DNA of 64,000 nt from NCBI GenBank assembly GCA_009838635.1, contig VXRE01000049.1, positions 13,349-77,348 of the forward strand, in the 5' to 3' direction. The notes beneath the pieces were generated by a model. The model had not been told where the DNA came from. It saw only the letters and a list, made by a program, of their open reading frames with translations, and did no database searches. Source of the DNA: Acidimicrobiia bacterium. Its GTDB lineage: Bacteria > Actinomycetota > Acidimicrobiia > Spongiisociales > Spongiisociaceae. Shown piece by piece: positions 9,671 to 19,455 of the stretch. The number at the start of each line of letters is the position of its first letter. Position 1 is the first letter of the stretch. Made by a program: the position numbers and the translations under genes.

Positions 9671-10999
9671 ATGACTAGCTCGCCTGATCTCACCCACCTC
9701 CTGCCGCACTTCACCAGCGCCAAGTACTGGCGCTCCGGCGCCGCCCCCGTGTTCGCCCGTGGTGAGGGCTGTTACCTCTGGGACCACGCCGGTAACAGGT
9801 ACCTGGACACGCTGGCCGGGCTGTTCGTGGTCCAGATCGGGCACGGTCGGACCGACATCGCGAAGGCGATGAGCGAGCAGGCCGAGCAGCTTGCTTTCTT
9901 CCCCTCCTGGTCGGCCACCACACCCGTCACGCTCGAGGCCGCCTCGTTGATCACCGACCTGGCGCCCGGTGATCTGGACGCGGTGTTCTTCGTCAGTTCG
10001 GGCTCCGAAGCCAACGAATCGGCCATCAAGTTCGCCCGCCAGTACCACCAGGCCGATGGACAGCCCACCAAGACGGGCGTCATCTCGCGGATCGACTCCT
10101 ATCACGGCACCAGCATGGGCGCGCTCTCGGCCACCGGCCTGAAGCCCGTCAGGGAGCCCTTCCTGCCTCTCCTGCCGGGCTTCACCCACGTGCCCAACAC
10201 CCACGGTTTCTCGGACGGGGTGGAAGCCGCCCGGGTGGTCGAGGAGGAGATCCTGCGCCGGGGAGCGGACCAGGTGGGCATGGTCATAGCCGAACCGGTC
10301 CAGAACGGAGGCGGAGCCCTGGTGCCTCCGTCCGGTTACTGGAGGGAGTTGCGTCGCATCTGCGACCGGTACGGCGTACTCCTCGTCGCTGACGAGGTGA
10401 TATGCGGGTTCGGACGGCTCGGCGCCTGGTTCGGATCGGAGGTCGTGGACGCAGCGCCCGACATGATCACCTTCGCCAAGGGCGCCACCTCGGGCTACGG
10501 GCCGATCGGCGGCGTGCTGGTGCGCCGGCCGGTGGTCGAGAAGGTCCTGGACTCAGAGGCCGGGACCTTCCTGCACGGCGCGACCTGGGGCGGTCATCCG
10601 GTGGTGATGGCTTCCGCCGTCGCGAACATCACCGCCATGCGAGAAGAGCGGGTGATCGAGAACGTCGCCCGCAATGCGCCGCTGTTCGAAGCGCGCCTCC
10701 ACGACCTCGCGGAGGCCCACGACCAGGTGTTGGATGTCCGGGGTACCGGTTACCTTTACGCGCTTGCTCTCGGGCATAGCCGCAAGGAAGGACGGGATTA
10801 CTCCGAAGAGGAGACCAAGCGGGCCGTGTACGAGGCTCTCCCCGAGTTGGCCCTTGAAGCCGGCCTGCACCTCCGGGTCGACGACCGGGGCGGCGCCAAG
10901 ATCATGCTCTCTCCCCCGCTGGTGGCCACCACCACCGAGCTGGACGAGATGATCGCGGGCGTGTCGCAGGTCCTGGTCCAGCTCGCCGCCACCATCTAA
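9671..10999 (+). CDS. Class III (omega) aminotransferase, PLP-dependent
   Basis: It carries typical AT-III motifs: FFVSSGSEANESAIKFAR, AEPVQNGGGA and LVADEVICGFGRLG. Length is 442 aa. Confidence 0.8.
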   Translation: MTSSPDLTHLLPHFTSAKYWRSGAAPVFARGEGCYLWDHAGNRYLDTLAGLFVVQIGHGRTDIAKAMSEQAEQLAFFPSWSATTPVTLEAASLITDLAPGDLDAVFFVSSGSEANESAIKFARQYHQADGQPTKTGVISRIDSYHGTSMGALSATGLKPVREPFLPLLPGFTHVPNTHGFSDGVEAARVVEEEILRRGADQVGMVIAEPVQNGGGALVPPSGYWRELRRICDRYGVLLVADEVICGFGRLGAWFGSEVVDAAPDMITFAKGATSGYGPIGGVLVRRPVVEKVLDSEAGTFLHGATWGGHPVVMASAVANITAMREERVIENVARNAPLFEARLHDLAEAHDQVLDVRGTGYLYALALGHSRKEGRDYSEEETKRAVYEALPELALEAGLHLRVDDRGGAKIMLSPPLVATTTELDEMIAGVSQVLVQLAATI

Positions 11000-11029
11000 C
11001 GAGTCCGTAAACGTCCGTGGAGGGATCGC

Positions 11030-12115
11030 GTGAGGATCGGGATACCCACCGAGACCAAGCCGGATGAGCACCGCGTAGCCCTCACGCCGGCCGGCGTGGA
11101 AGCCCTGACCGGGTCGGGTCATCAAGTGCTGGTGCAGGAGGGCGCCGGCCTGGGGTCGTACATCTCCGATGACGATTACGCCGGAGCGGGCGCCTCCATC
11201 GTCGACGCCGCTACCGATGTCTGGTACGGGGCCGAGTTGATCGTGAAGGTCAAGGAGCCGCAGGAGGAGGAACTCGCTTACCTGTCCAACGACCAGATCC
11301 TGTTCACCTTCCTCCACCTGGCCGCCTATCCGGAGGTCGCCTCGGCGCTGTGTGGGGCCCACACCACCTCGGTGGCGTACGAGACGGTGAAGCTCCCCGG
11401 CGGCGTCCTGCCCCTGTTGGCGCCGATGTCCCAGATAGCAGGGCGGATGGCCACCCAGGTCGGGGCCCGCTTTCTGGAGAGATCGGGTGGAGGCCGAGGC
11501 GTGCTCCTGAGCGGTGTTCCGGGTGTCGAGCCCGCCGAGGTGGTGGTGATCGGCGGCGGCATGGCCGGCGCCAACGCTCTCCGGGTGGCGGTGGGAATGG
11601 GCGCCAGAGTCAAGGTCTTCGACCTGAACCCGGCCCGCCTGCGGGAGATCGACGATCTGTATCGAGGCGCGGTGACAACCCTGATCGCCAACCGAGCCGA
11701 CGTCCGGGCAGCGGTGCTCGAGGCCGACCTGGTCATCGGCGCGGTCCTGTTACCCGGCGCCCGAGCTCCCCGCGTGCTGACCGCCGAGGACGTGCGGGAC
11801 ATGAAGCCGGGCTCCGTGGTGGTCGACATCGCCATCGACCAGGGGGGCTGCTTCGAGACCTCGCGGGAGACCAGGCACTCCGACCCCACCTACATGATCG
11901 AAGAGGTGGTGCACTACGCGGTCGGTAACATCCCCGGCGCCGTGCCCCGCACCGCCACCTTCGCTCTGGCCGCCTCCACCATTCCCTACGTCCGGTTGCT
12001 GGCCGATCATGGCGTCGACGCCGCCATCGAGCAGCGCCCGGAGCTGGGAGAGGGCCTCAACACCAGGGGCGGCTTCATCACCAACGAGACGGTAAGGGCC
12101 GCGCTCGGTGGGTGA
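11030..12115 (+). CDS. ald: Alanine dehydrogenase
   Basis: The sequence MRIGIPTETKPDEHRVALTP...KVKEP...VVIGGGMAGANA...DIAIDQGGC is a strong Ald signature. A GTG start is preceded by GGAGGG. Confidence 0.85.
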   Translation: MRIGIPTETKPDEHRVALTPAGVEALTGSGHQVLVQEGAGLGSYISDDDYAGAGASIVDAATDVWYGAELIVKVKEPQEEELAYLSNDQILFTFLHLAAYPEVASALCGAHTTSVAYETVKLPGGVLPLLAPMSQIAGRMATQVGARFLERSGGGRGVLLSGVPGVEPAEVVVIGGGMAGANALRVAVGMGARVKVFDLNPARLREIDDLYRGAVTTLIANRADVRAAVLEADLVIGAVLLPGARAPRVLTAEDVRDMKPGSVVVDIAIDQGGCFETSRETRHSDPTYMIEEVVHYAVGNIPGAVPRTATFALAASTIPYVRLLADHGVDAAIEQRPELGEGLNTRGGFITNETVRAALGG

Positions 12116-12127
12116 ACACGAGGGCCG

Positions 12128-14611
12128 ATGACGGATCCCGGCCACCCCACGGTCACGCCCGCGCCTGGCGGCCCGTCAGGCGGACCCCTTCCCGACCGGG
12201 CCCAGGTGGTGGTGGTCGGCGGCGGGATCGTCGGGTGCGCGATCGCCTACCACCTGGCCAGGCGGGGCATCACCGATGTGCTACTGCTGGAGCAGAACAC
12301 CCTGACCGGGGGCACCACCTGGCACGCGGCCGGGCTGGTGAGCCAGCTCAAGTCCAGCCACAGCCTTACGAGACTGGCGACGTATACCGCCCGCCTCTTC
12401 GAAGAATTGGAGGATGAGACCGGCCAGTCCACCGGCTACCGCACCACCGGATCTATCTCGGTGGCCTCCGACGAGGAGCGGTGGGAGGAGATCCTGCGCG
12501 GCATGTCGATGGCCAGGACGGCCGGTGTGGAAATGGAGGTCATCGACCCCGAGCGGGCGCGCGAGATGTGGCCGCTGCTCCGCATCGACGACCTGGTGGG
12601 TACGGTCTACATACCCGGGGACGGCCAGACGAGCCCGGTCGACACCACGATGGCCCTCGCCAAGGGCGCCAGGGACCGGGGCGTCACGATCCGCGAGGGA
12701 GTCGCGGTGGAGCGGGTGCGGGTGGAGAACGAGGCGGCGGTCGGGGTCGAGACCGAGGCAGGCTACGTGGAGGCGGAGACCGTAGTCCTGGCCTGCGGTA
12801 TCTGGACCCGCCAACTGGCGGCATCCGCGGGAGTGAACGTGCCGCTCCATCCGTGCGAGCACTTCTACGTGGTGACCGAACCGCTCGACGGGATGCTGCC
12901 GGGGATGCCGACCCTGCGCGATCCGACCAACTACACCTACTTCAAGGAGGAGACCGGCAAGCTGATGGCCGGATTCTTCGAGCCGAGGGCCAAGACCTGG
13001 AAGTACGAGGTTCCCAGGGACTTCGCCTTCGGCACCCTCGGCGAGGACTGGGACCACGTCGGGCCGATCTTCGAGAGGTCCATCCACCGCATCCCCGCCC
13101 TCGCCGAGTGCGGCATCCAGCTCTTCCTCAACGGACCCGAGGCCTTCACGCCCGACGGCGTCTACTACCTGGGTGAGTCCCCGGAGGTTGACGGCCTCTA
13201 TGTGGCCGCCGGCTTCAACTCGGTCGGCATCCAGTCGGCGGGAGGGGCGGGCTGGGTGCTGGCGGACTGGATAGCAGAGCAGCGCCCGCCGATGGACCTG
13301 TCGGCGGTCGACCTCCGCCGGGCCTTCCCCTTCCAGGGGGAGAAGACCTACCTGGAGGACCGCATCTCGGAGAGCCTCGGGCTGCTGTACGCCATGCACT
13401 GGCCGTTCCGCCAGTTCGAGTCGGCCCGCGACGTGTTCCGGTCCGTGCTCCATGACCGCTTGGGCGACCTGGGAGCGGTGTTCGGCGAGGTGGCGGGCTG
13501 GGAGCGGCCCAACTGGTTCGCAACGGGGGACATGGAACGCGAGTACAGGTACTCCTACGGCAAGCAGAACTGGTATCCGGCCTCCGCCGCCGAGTGCGAG
13601 GCCACGCGCCGGAGGGTGGCGCTGTACGACCAGTCCTCCTTTGTCAAGTTCCAGGTACGGGGACCCGATGCGCTGGCCGTCCTGAACCACATCGGCGGGG
13701 CCGATGTGGATACGCCGATCGGCAAGGTGGTCTACACGCAGTGGCTCAACGACCGGGGCGGCATCGAGGCCGACCTGACCGTCACCCGCACCGGCCCCGA
13801 GGACTTCATGGTGGTGACGGCAGCGGCAGCGGCCAACCGTGATTACCACACCCTGCGCCGAGCCCTGCGGGGCCACGACGCCGAACTCACCGACATCACG
13901 ATGGAGCTCCCCACCATCGGCGTGATGGGCCCGCGATCCCGCGCCCTGCTGAGCGCTCTGACCGACACCCCCCTCGACAACGCATCGTTCCCGTTCGGAT
14001 GGTCACGGGAGATGACCGTGGCCGGCATACCGGTACGGGCTCTGCGGGTCAGCTACGTGGGCGAGCTGGGATGGGAACTGTACGTCGCCAGCGAGACGGC
14101 CGTAGATCTGTTCGACGCGGTGATGGAGGAGGGAAGGTCACACGGAATCCATCCCGCCGGATACCACGCCATGAACACCCTGCGGCTCGAAGCCGGTTAC
14201 CGGCACTGGGGTCACGACATCACCGACGAGGACACGCCGCTGGAAGCCGGGCTGGGCTTCGCGGTGGCATGGGACAAGGAAGGCGGCTTCCTGGGACGTC
14301 GAGCCCTCCTGGCCCAGCGCGCCGCAACCCCGCTGCCGAAACGGCTGGTCCAGTTCAAGCTCGACGACCCGGAGGCCATCGCGTACCACGACGAGCCGAT
14401 CCGCCGCGACGGCCGACTGGTCGGCCGCACCACGTCCGGAATGTACGGCCACACCTTCGGCGCCTGCCTGGCCATGGGCTACGTACTCCACGAGGAGGGC
14501 GTGACCCCGGAGTGGATCGAGTCGGGAACATGGGACATCGAGCTGGCCGGAGTCCGCATCCCCGTCGCCGCGCAACTCCGACCCTTCTACACCGCCCAGA
14601 CCCGAACCTGA
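12128..14611 (+). CDS. Second dimethylglycine/sarcosine dehydrogenase family protein (DAO + GcvT-like), paralogue of 5513-7939
   Basis: It has VVVGGGIVGCAIAYHL...GGTTWHAAGL, is 827 aa, and has the same architecture as the 5513 gene. Confidence 0.8.
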   Translation: MTDPGHPTVTPAPGGPSGGPLPDRAQVVVVGGGIVGCAIAYHLARRGITDVLLLEQNTLTGGTTWHAAGLVSQLKSSHSLTRLATYTARLFEELEDETGQSTGYRTTGSISVASDEERWEEILRGMSMARTAGVEMEVIDPERAREMWPLLRIDDLVGTVYIPGDGQTSPVDTTMALAKGARDRGVTIREGVAVERVRVENEAAVGVETEAGYVEAETVVLACGIWTRQLAASAGVNVPLHPCEHFYVVTEPLDGMLPGMPTLRDPTNYTYFKEETGKLMAGFFEPRAKTWKYEVPRDFAFGTLGEDWDHVGPIFERSIHRIPALAECGIQLFLNGPEAFTPDGVYYLGESPEVDGLYVAAGFNSVGIQSAGGAGWVLADWIAEQRPPMDLSAVDLRRAFPFQGEKTYLEDRISESLGLLYAMHWPFRQFESARDVFRSVLHDRLGDLGAVFGEVAGWERPNWFATGDMEREYRYSYGKQNWYPASAAECEATRRRVALYDQSSFVKFQVRGPDALAVLNHIGGADVDTPIGKVVYTQWLNDRGGIEADLTVTRTGPEDFMVVTAAAAANRDYHTLRRALRGHDAELTDITMELPTIGVMGPRSRALLSALTDTPLDNASFPFGWSREMTVAGIPVRALRVSYVGELGWELYVASETAVDLFDAVMEEGRSHGIHPAGYHAMNTLRLEAGYRHWGHDITDEDTPLEAGLGFAVAWDKEGGFLGRRALLAQRAATPLPKRLVQFKLDDPEAIAYHDEPIRRDGRLVGRTTSGMYGHTFGACLAMGYVLHEEGVTPEWIESGTWDIELAGVRIPVAAQLRPFYTAQTRT

Positions 14612-14875
14612 ACGTCCGAACAGGAACCACGCCTTTTCGGTGACTAGGGGCACCAGGACCAGTTACATCATGTCAGGGCTGGGATAGGACGCGGACCAGC
14701 GACCTGCCGAGTCCGACCCCAGGGATCGGCCAGGATCTCGGCGTGGCCGCCATTTGCTAGCGCTCTGGCTGTTGGAGACAACCGGCGTTATTGCCGGCAT
14801 ACGGACCACCTCAGGCGTCTGGGGCTGATCACCGGGCGCGGTGACCCGATGGGGAGATTCGGGTCGGCGGAGTGC

Positions 14876-15730
14876 CTAACGCTCGACCGGGAGGCCTACC
14901 GACGAGCCCCACTCGGTCCAGGATCCGTCGTAGACACGGACGTGGTCCCAGCCGAGTATCCGGGTGGCGGTGAACCAGAGCAACGAGGCGCGGTGGCTGA
15001 GGCGGCAGTAGGCGACCACCTCGTCGGCCTGGTCGGGCGCCGCCCCGACCGAGCGGAAGGCCTCCTCCAACTCCGCCGGCGTGCGGAGGGTGTTGTCGTC
15101 GTTGAAGAGACGCCGGAACATCAGGTGCCGGGCGCCGGGGATGCGCCCGTGGCGCTCGGCCCCGTAATCGAACCCGGTGCCGGGCTTGACCCGATCACCC
15201 ACGTACTCGGTTTCGTACCTACCGTCCAGCACTACCAGGCCGGGTTTCCCGAGGTCCGCCAGCAGCTGCCCGCAGAACACCCGTGTCGAGTCGTCACGCT
15301 CGGCCTGCTGCGGCTCGTAGTGCACCGCGTCGAACGTCGGCACCTCCAGGGTCATAGGCCTCCCGTCGAGCTGCCAGCGTTTCTGCGACCCGTCGAGCAC
15401 GCGGGCATCGGGGTGGCCGTTCATGACCGCGGTCACCCAGTAGGCGAAGATGGCGTACTGGTTGCGCCCGCTGTAGAAGACGACGGTCGTATCGGATGAG
15501 ATCCCCCACTCTCCGAACCGTTCGGCCATCAGCCGTGGGGTGGGGAACTGGCGCTCGATGGGGTGCCAGAGCACATCCTTCCAGTACCAGTTGACGGCGC
15601 CCGGGATGTGCCCGTCGTGGTACTCGCTGGTGTCGGCCTCGTACTGGATCTCGATGACCCGGACGTTCGGGTCCTCGAGGCGCGCTTCGAGCCAGTCGCC
15701 CGAAACGAGGGGGGTGGTCGGGTCAGCCAT
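14876..15730 (-). CDS. Tandem-domain rhodanese-like sulfurtransferase (thiosulfate/3-mercaptopyruvate sulfurtransferase family)
   Basis: Two rhodanese modules are present: HIPGAVN in the first and an active-site loop CRLSHRAS in the second. Length is 284 aa. Confidence 0.75.
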   Translation of the reverse strand: MADPTTPLVSGDWLEARLEDPNVRVIEIQYEADTSEYHDGHIPGAVNWYWKDVLWHPIERQFPTPRLMAERFGEWGISSDTTVVFYSGRNQYAIFAYWVTAVMNGHPDARVLDGSQKRWQLDGRPMTLEVPTFDAVHYEPQQAERDDSTRVFCGQLLADLGKPGLVVLDGRYETEYVGDRVKPGTGFDYGAERHGRIPGARHLMFRRLFNDDNTLRTPAELEEAFRSVGAAPDQADEVVAYCRLSHRASLLWFTATRILGWDHVRVYDGSWTEWGSSVGLPVER

Positions 15731-15789
15731 CGGGTCAGACCTCCGATCTAGAGATAATTGACTGGAGACAGATATGCATGCGGCTCTTC

Positions 15790-16254
15790 TCAGAAGGGTT
15801 TGAAGATCATCAGAGCCAGGATCACGGTCGCCGTGACGCGCAGGTAGATGCCTCCCCTGCGTATCCGTGTGCGGAGACGCCTGACCTCGGCTGCCTTCTC
15901 CCCGGCGGGTGGCTCTCCGTCCTGTGTGGCTGCGATCGCCCGGGCCAGGGTGGGGTTCTGGACGGTGATCGAATAAGTGAAGCTACCCGCAAATAGGATG
16001 ATCGACACCAGGAGCCACAACCGGTCGAACAACCCGTAGCCCTGCTCCACCATGAGCCCGATCCCGGACACCAGCACCAGCGCGGAGAGCGGGATAGCCG
16101 TGGTGCCCGTGAGCAGGCGCACCACCCGGGTGGCGAAGAGGGAGTGCTCGGTCCCGGCGCCCTGACGGCTGATTCTCCCGAACACGAAGGTGGGCCCGAT
16201 CCCGGCCATCGCGCCGAACAGGTGCAGGAAGAGGAGGATGCCGAACAGGTCCAC
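15790..16254 (-). CDS. Hypothetical integral membrane protein (4 TM, DUF2269-like)
   Basis: It is hydrophobic throughout, with no catalytic motif. It overlaps the start of the upstream MBL gene by a few nt, so they are co-operonic. Confidence 0.45.
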   Translation of the reverse strand: MDLFGILLFLHLFGAMAGIGPTFVFGRISRQGAGTEHSLFATRVVRLLTGTTAIPLSALVLVSGIGLMVEQGYGLFDRLWLLVSIILFAGSFTYSITVQNPTLARAIAATQDGEPPAGEKAAEVRRLRTRIRRGGIYLRVTATVILALMIFKPF

Positions 16255-16257
16255 GCC

Positions 16258-17112
16258 TCAGCCTCCGTTCCCTCCGGAAATGCCGGGCTTCCAGATCCGC
16301 CGCCCGCCTAGGCGCTCGAACCTGCCGAAGGTGGGATGGTTCAGATGGCCGGCGGCCACGAGGGTGCGGTCCTCCTCCAGCCGGCGGAGTTGGCGCCGGC
16401 GGGTCAGGACCGCCTCCTCGGGATCGGCGTCGAAGCGGTGCACCCAACCGGTTTCGGTCGCCACCACCGGATGGTGGATGAGGTCACCGAGTATGAACAG
16501 CCGCTCGCCGCCGGACTGGACCACGAAGCTGGTGTGGCCGGGGGTGTGTCCGGGCGTGGCGACCGCCGTGATCGACCTGGTCAGGCTGTGACCGTCCGCG
16601 AAGGTGTCGAGCACCCCCGTTCTCTCCAATGGCAGCGCCTGGCGGGCGATGTTCGGGTGGTTCTCCTCGCGGGAGCTGAAGAAGGCCCAGTCCCGCTCGG
16701 AGACCAGGTAGCGGGCGTTCCCGAAGCGGGGAGAGATCGCCTCGCCGTCGTACACCAGGTTCCAGCCGACGTGGTCGGCGTGCAGGTGGGTGAAGGCCAC
16801 CACGTCGATGTCCTCCGGCTCCAAGCCGATCTCCGAGAGCCGCTCCGGCAGCGCCCCCCGTGACTTGGGCGCCCCGGGAGGACCGAGCTCGGGTCCCCAA
16901 CCGGTGTCGATCAGCACCGCCCGGCCGTCTCCGCGAACCACGAAGCAATGGAAGTTGACCATGGCGTTGCCCGGATCGTTCTCGAGGAGGTCGAGGTACG
17001 GCGCCCAGGCCTCTTCGGGAACATCCGGGTAGTGCCAGGCCCGGTCGAAGGAGTGGGCCTTGTCCCGGATGGCGGTCACCTCGACGTTCCCGACCCTCAC
17101 AGTCGTCCTCAT
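16258..17112 (-). CDS. MBL-fold metallo-hydrolase
   Basis: The THLHADHVGW (HxHxDH) motif and later GHTPGH...D metal ligands are present. Confidence 0.75.
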   Translation of the reverse strand: MRTTVRVGNVEVTAIRDKAHSFDRAWHYPDVPEEAWAPYLDLLENDPGNAMVNFHCFVVRGDGRAVLIDTGWGPELGPPGAPKSRGALPERLSEIGLEPEDIDVVAFTHLHADHVGWNLVYDGEAISPRFGNARYLVSERDWAFFSSREENHPNIARQALPLERTGVLDTFADGHSLTRSITAVATPGHTPGHTSFVVQSGGERLFILGDLIHHPVVATETGWVHRFDADPEEAVLTRRRQLRRLEEDRTLVAAGHLNHPTFGRFERLGGRRIWKPGISGGNGG

Positions 17113-17122
17113 CGCGCTCTTC

Positions 17123-18515
17123 CTAGCCCGACGCCGGGGGGTGGTAGCCGGCCCGCCGGCACAGCTCGCTCAGATGCTCGGCGGCATTCTCCACCACCGC
17201 GGCCGGATCGACCGCGGTCAGGCGTCCGTGGCGCTTCAGGATCCGTCCGTCGATCATGACCGTGTCGATGTTGGCAGGTTGGGCGGAATGGACGATCGCG
17301 ACGGCCGGGTCGTGGACGGGCGCCATGTTGAGGGCGTCGGTCCTCACCATCAACAGGTCGGCCCGCTTGCCCACCGTTATCGATCCCACCAGGTGGTCCA
17401 GGCCCAGGGCACGGGCTCCCTCGATCGTCGCCAACTCCAGGACCCGCCGGGGGCTCAGCGCTTCGGGGTCCTGGTTGGCGATCGACTCCAGCCCAACCGC
17501 CACCCGCATCGCCGCGAAGACGTCGGCACAGGCCGAGATGGCCGTGGTGTCGAGCGACAGGCTCACCGGGATGCCGGCGGCGAGGTGCCCACCCACCGGC
17601 GGGGCGCCCATGCCCAACCTCAACGAGGACATGGGGCTCATGCTCACCGGGATCCGGTTGGCGGCCAGGTACTCGCGTTCGGTCCGGGAGATGTAGAGGC
17701 AGTGGGCCAGGAGCATGCCGGGACCCAGGAGCCCCTCGTCGTGCAGTATCCGGACCTGGTGGATGCGCCGCACCTCCGCCCTGGTACCGGCGCAGTGCAT
17801 CGAGATGGTCAGGCCCTGTTCCCTCGCCAGCGCCCACTCCTTGCGGTAGACCTCGGGAGTCGACCGGGCTGGTCCCCTCACGCCCACGCCAAGGGTCAGG
17901 AGACCATCGGAGTGCGGTACCCACTCCTCGGCGATCCGCCCGATACTCCCGAAGTCCATGACCTCGTCAGGGAGGACGCCGCCCCTCGCGAGGATGGCTC
18001 GCATCTTCTCCATGGGCATCGAGGGATGCGCCGACGGAGCGGAGTAGGAGAAGTGCACCCTCGTACCCAGCCGCCGGTGAACATCGAGGTTGGCCTCTGC
18101 GTCGCCGTACCGCATGATGTTGTGCGACCAATCGTGGACCGTGGTCACGCCGGCGGCGATACCCTCGGCCATGCCGAGCATCACCCCCGCCGCCACGTCC
18201 TCGGGCGTGAAGAATCCGCCGAGCCTGCCCTTCGTGGCGAACCAGCCATGCTTCTTGCCGTCTCCCACCACACCTCTCAGCAGCGTGCCCCACACGTGCC
18301 AATGCGAATCGACGAAGCCGGGCATGGTTATGCAGTTGCTTCCGTCGATGGACTCGGCGCCGTCGGCGGGCAACCGGGGACCGACGGCAACCAGAGCGCC
18401 GTCGGCGACCTCGACGTCCGTTCCCGTGAGTTCTCCCAGGGCTGGATCCATGGTCAGCGCCGTAGTGTCCCGGATCACAAAATGACCTCTACGGGGCAGG
18501 CCTCGGACAACCATG
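17123..18515 (-). CDS. Amidohydrolase of the cytosine-deaminase / chlorohydrolase (TRZ/ATZ, SsnA-like) family
   Basis: PGFVDSHWHVW (HxH) is near the N-terminus and HC...DH motifs occur later. The start is placed at the MVVRGLPRRGHFVIRDT Met at 18515 rather than the ORF-track start at 18904, which is an upstream extension. Confidence 0.7.
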
Positions 18516-18608
18516 TCCGGCACCCTAGTGCTGCGGGCTGCGAGGGCACTGCATGGTGGTTCCGGCCGAGTGGCGCCACATGGGAGGGCCTGCATACAAT
18601 ATCCAGCG

Positions 18609-19313
18609 ATGAGCACCATCGACTCCCCGACGGTCATCCCGCCGGTCGGCATGCCCAGGCCGCAGTTCCTGCCCGCTGTTGAACCGCTCAGCGCCGAGGA
18701 CGCGGTGACGTCCGCACTGAGGGACGCCATTCTCAGCGGCAAGCTGATGCCGGGAGAACGCCTCGCCCAGGCAGAGTTGGCCCGGCAACTGGGCGTGAGC
18801 CGCATCCCGTTGCGCGACGCGCTGCGGCGGCTCGGCGAGGAGGCCCTGGTACGGATCGACGGGCGGCGCGGAGCCTGGGTGACCGCTCTGTCGAAGCGCG
18901 ACATCGCGGAGATCTACGAGCTGAGGATCATGCTCGAAGGTCGATGCATCCGCTACGCAGTCCAGAACCTGTCCGGCCACCAGGAGCAGGCGGCAGTGCT
19001 GGAACTGTCGAAGCACATGGACAGCTCGGACCGGGACGACCCGGCGGGCCGGGAAGCCCGACGACGGTTCTACGACGTGCTCTACTCCCACTCAGGGCGT
19101 CCCCGGATGCACCGGCTCATCATGCAGCTCCGGGACAACGTGGGTCGGTACCACCTGATACAGGACACAGACCTGGCGCACGCCGCCCACTCCGAGGTGC
19201 GCCACTGCATCATGCGCGGGGACGCCGACGGGGCTGCCCGCGCAGTGAAGGCCCATCTCGAGGAAGCCCGGGAGGACCTGCTGGCAACCATGTCAGAGGA
19301 GACCCTCCAGTAG
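18609..19313 (+). CDS. GntR-family transcriptional regulator, FadR/FCD subfamily
   Basis: The HTH is ERLAQAELARQLGVSRIPLRDALRRL, followed by an all-helical FCD-like C-terminus. The start is chosen at MSTIDSP. It is divergent from the amidohydrolase operon and precedes hyuA. Confidence 0.75.
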   Translation: MSTIDSPTVIPPVGMPRPQFLPAVEPLSAEDAVTSALRDAILSGKLMPGERLAQAELARQLGVSRIPLRDALRRLGEEALVRIDGRRGAWVTALSKRDIAEIYELRIMLEGRCIRYAVQNLSGHQEQAAVLELSKHMDSSDRDDPAGREARRRFYDVLYSHSGRPRMHRLIMQLRDNVGRYHLIQDTDLAHAAHSEVRHCIMRGDADGAARAVKAHLEEAREDLLATMSEETLQ

Positions 19314-19391
19314 TGCCGCACCACGGGGGAGCGGCCGGCCCTGAAGACGCCGGTGGGGTCGGTGACCGGGGGGAAGGCCGTCCTTGGCATA

Positions 19392-19402
19392 AGGTATACA
19401 AT
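19392..19402. promoter_or_regulatory. GGTATACAAT element (GTATACA core) about 55 bp upstream of the hyuA start and downstream of the FCD-GntR gene. I interpret this as a putative GntR-type operator.
   Basis: Read directly. FadR/FCD-type GntR operators commonly contain GT-N(x)-AC palindromes. Confidence 0.35.
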
Positions 19403-19455
19403 CCGGGTATGGACCAGACCACACCAGTGAAGCCGCGCGTCCGGCGAGGGACGCC

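Noticed and set aside
12281-13876. 531-aa minus-strand ORF inside the second DMGDH gene, and similar large antisense ORFs elsewhere (19543-21579 -, 21657-23441 -, 27070-28992 -, 34758-36392 -, 44048-45094 -, 45274-46473 -, 49762-51420 -, 61062-62882 -, 17060-18682 +, 52847-53893 +)
   Set aside because: These have the same high-GC artefact signature and no family similarity, and each overlaps a clearly homologous gene.
14612-14875. 264-bp gap between the convergent DMGDH-2 and rhodanese genes, checked for tRNA or sRNA
   Set aside because: There is no T-loop (GGTTCGANTCC) or cloverleaf-compatible pattern, and nothing else recognisable.
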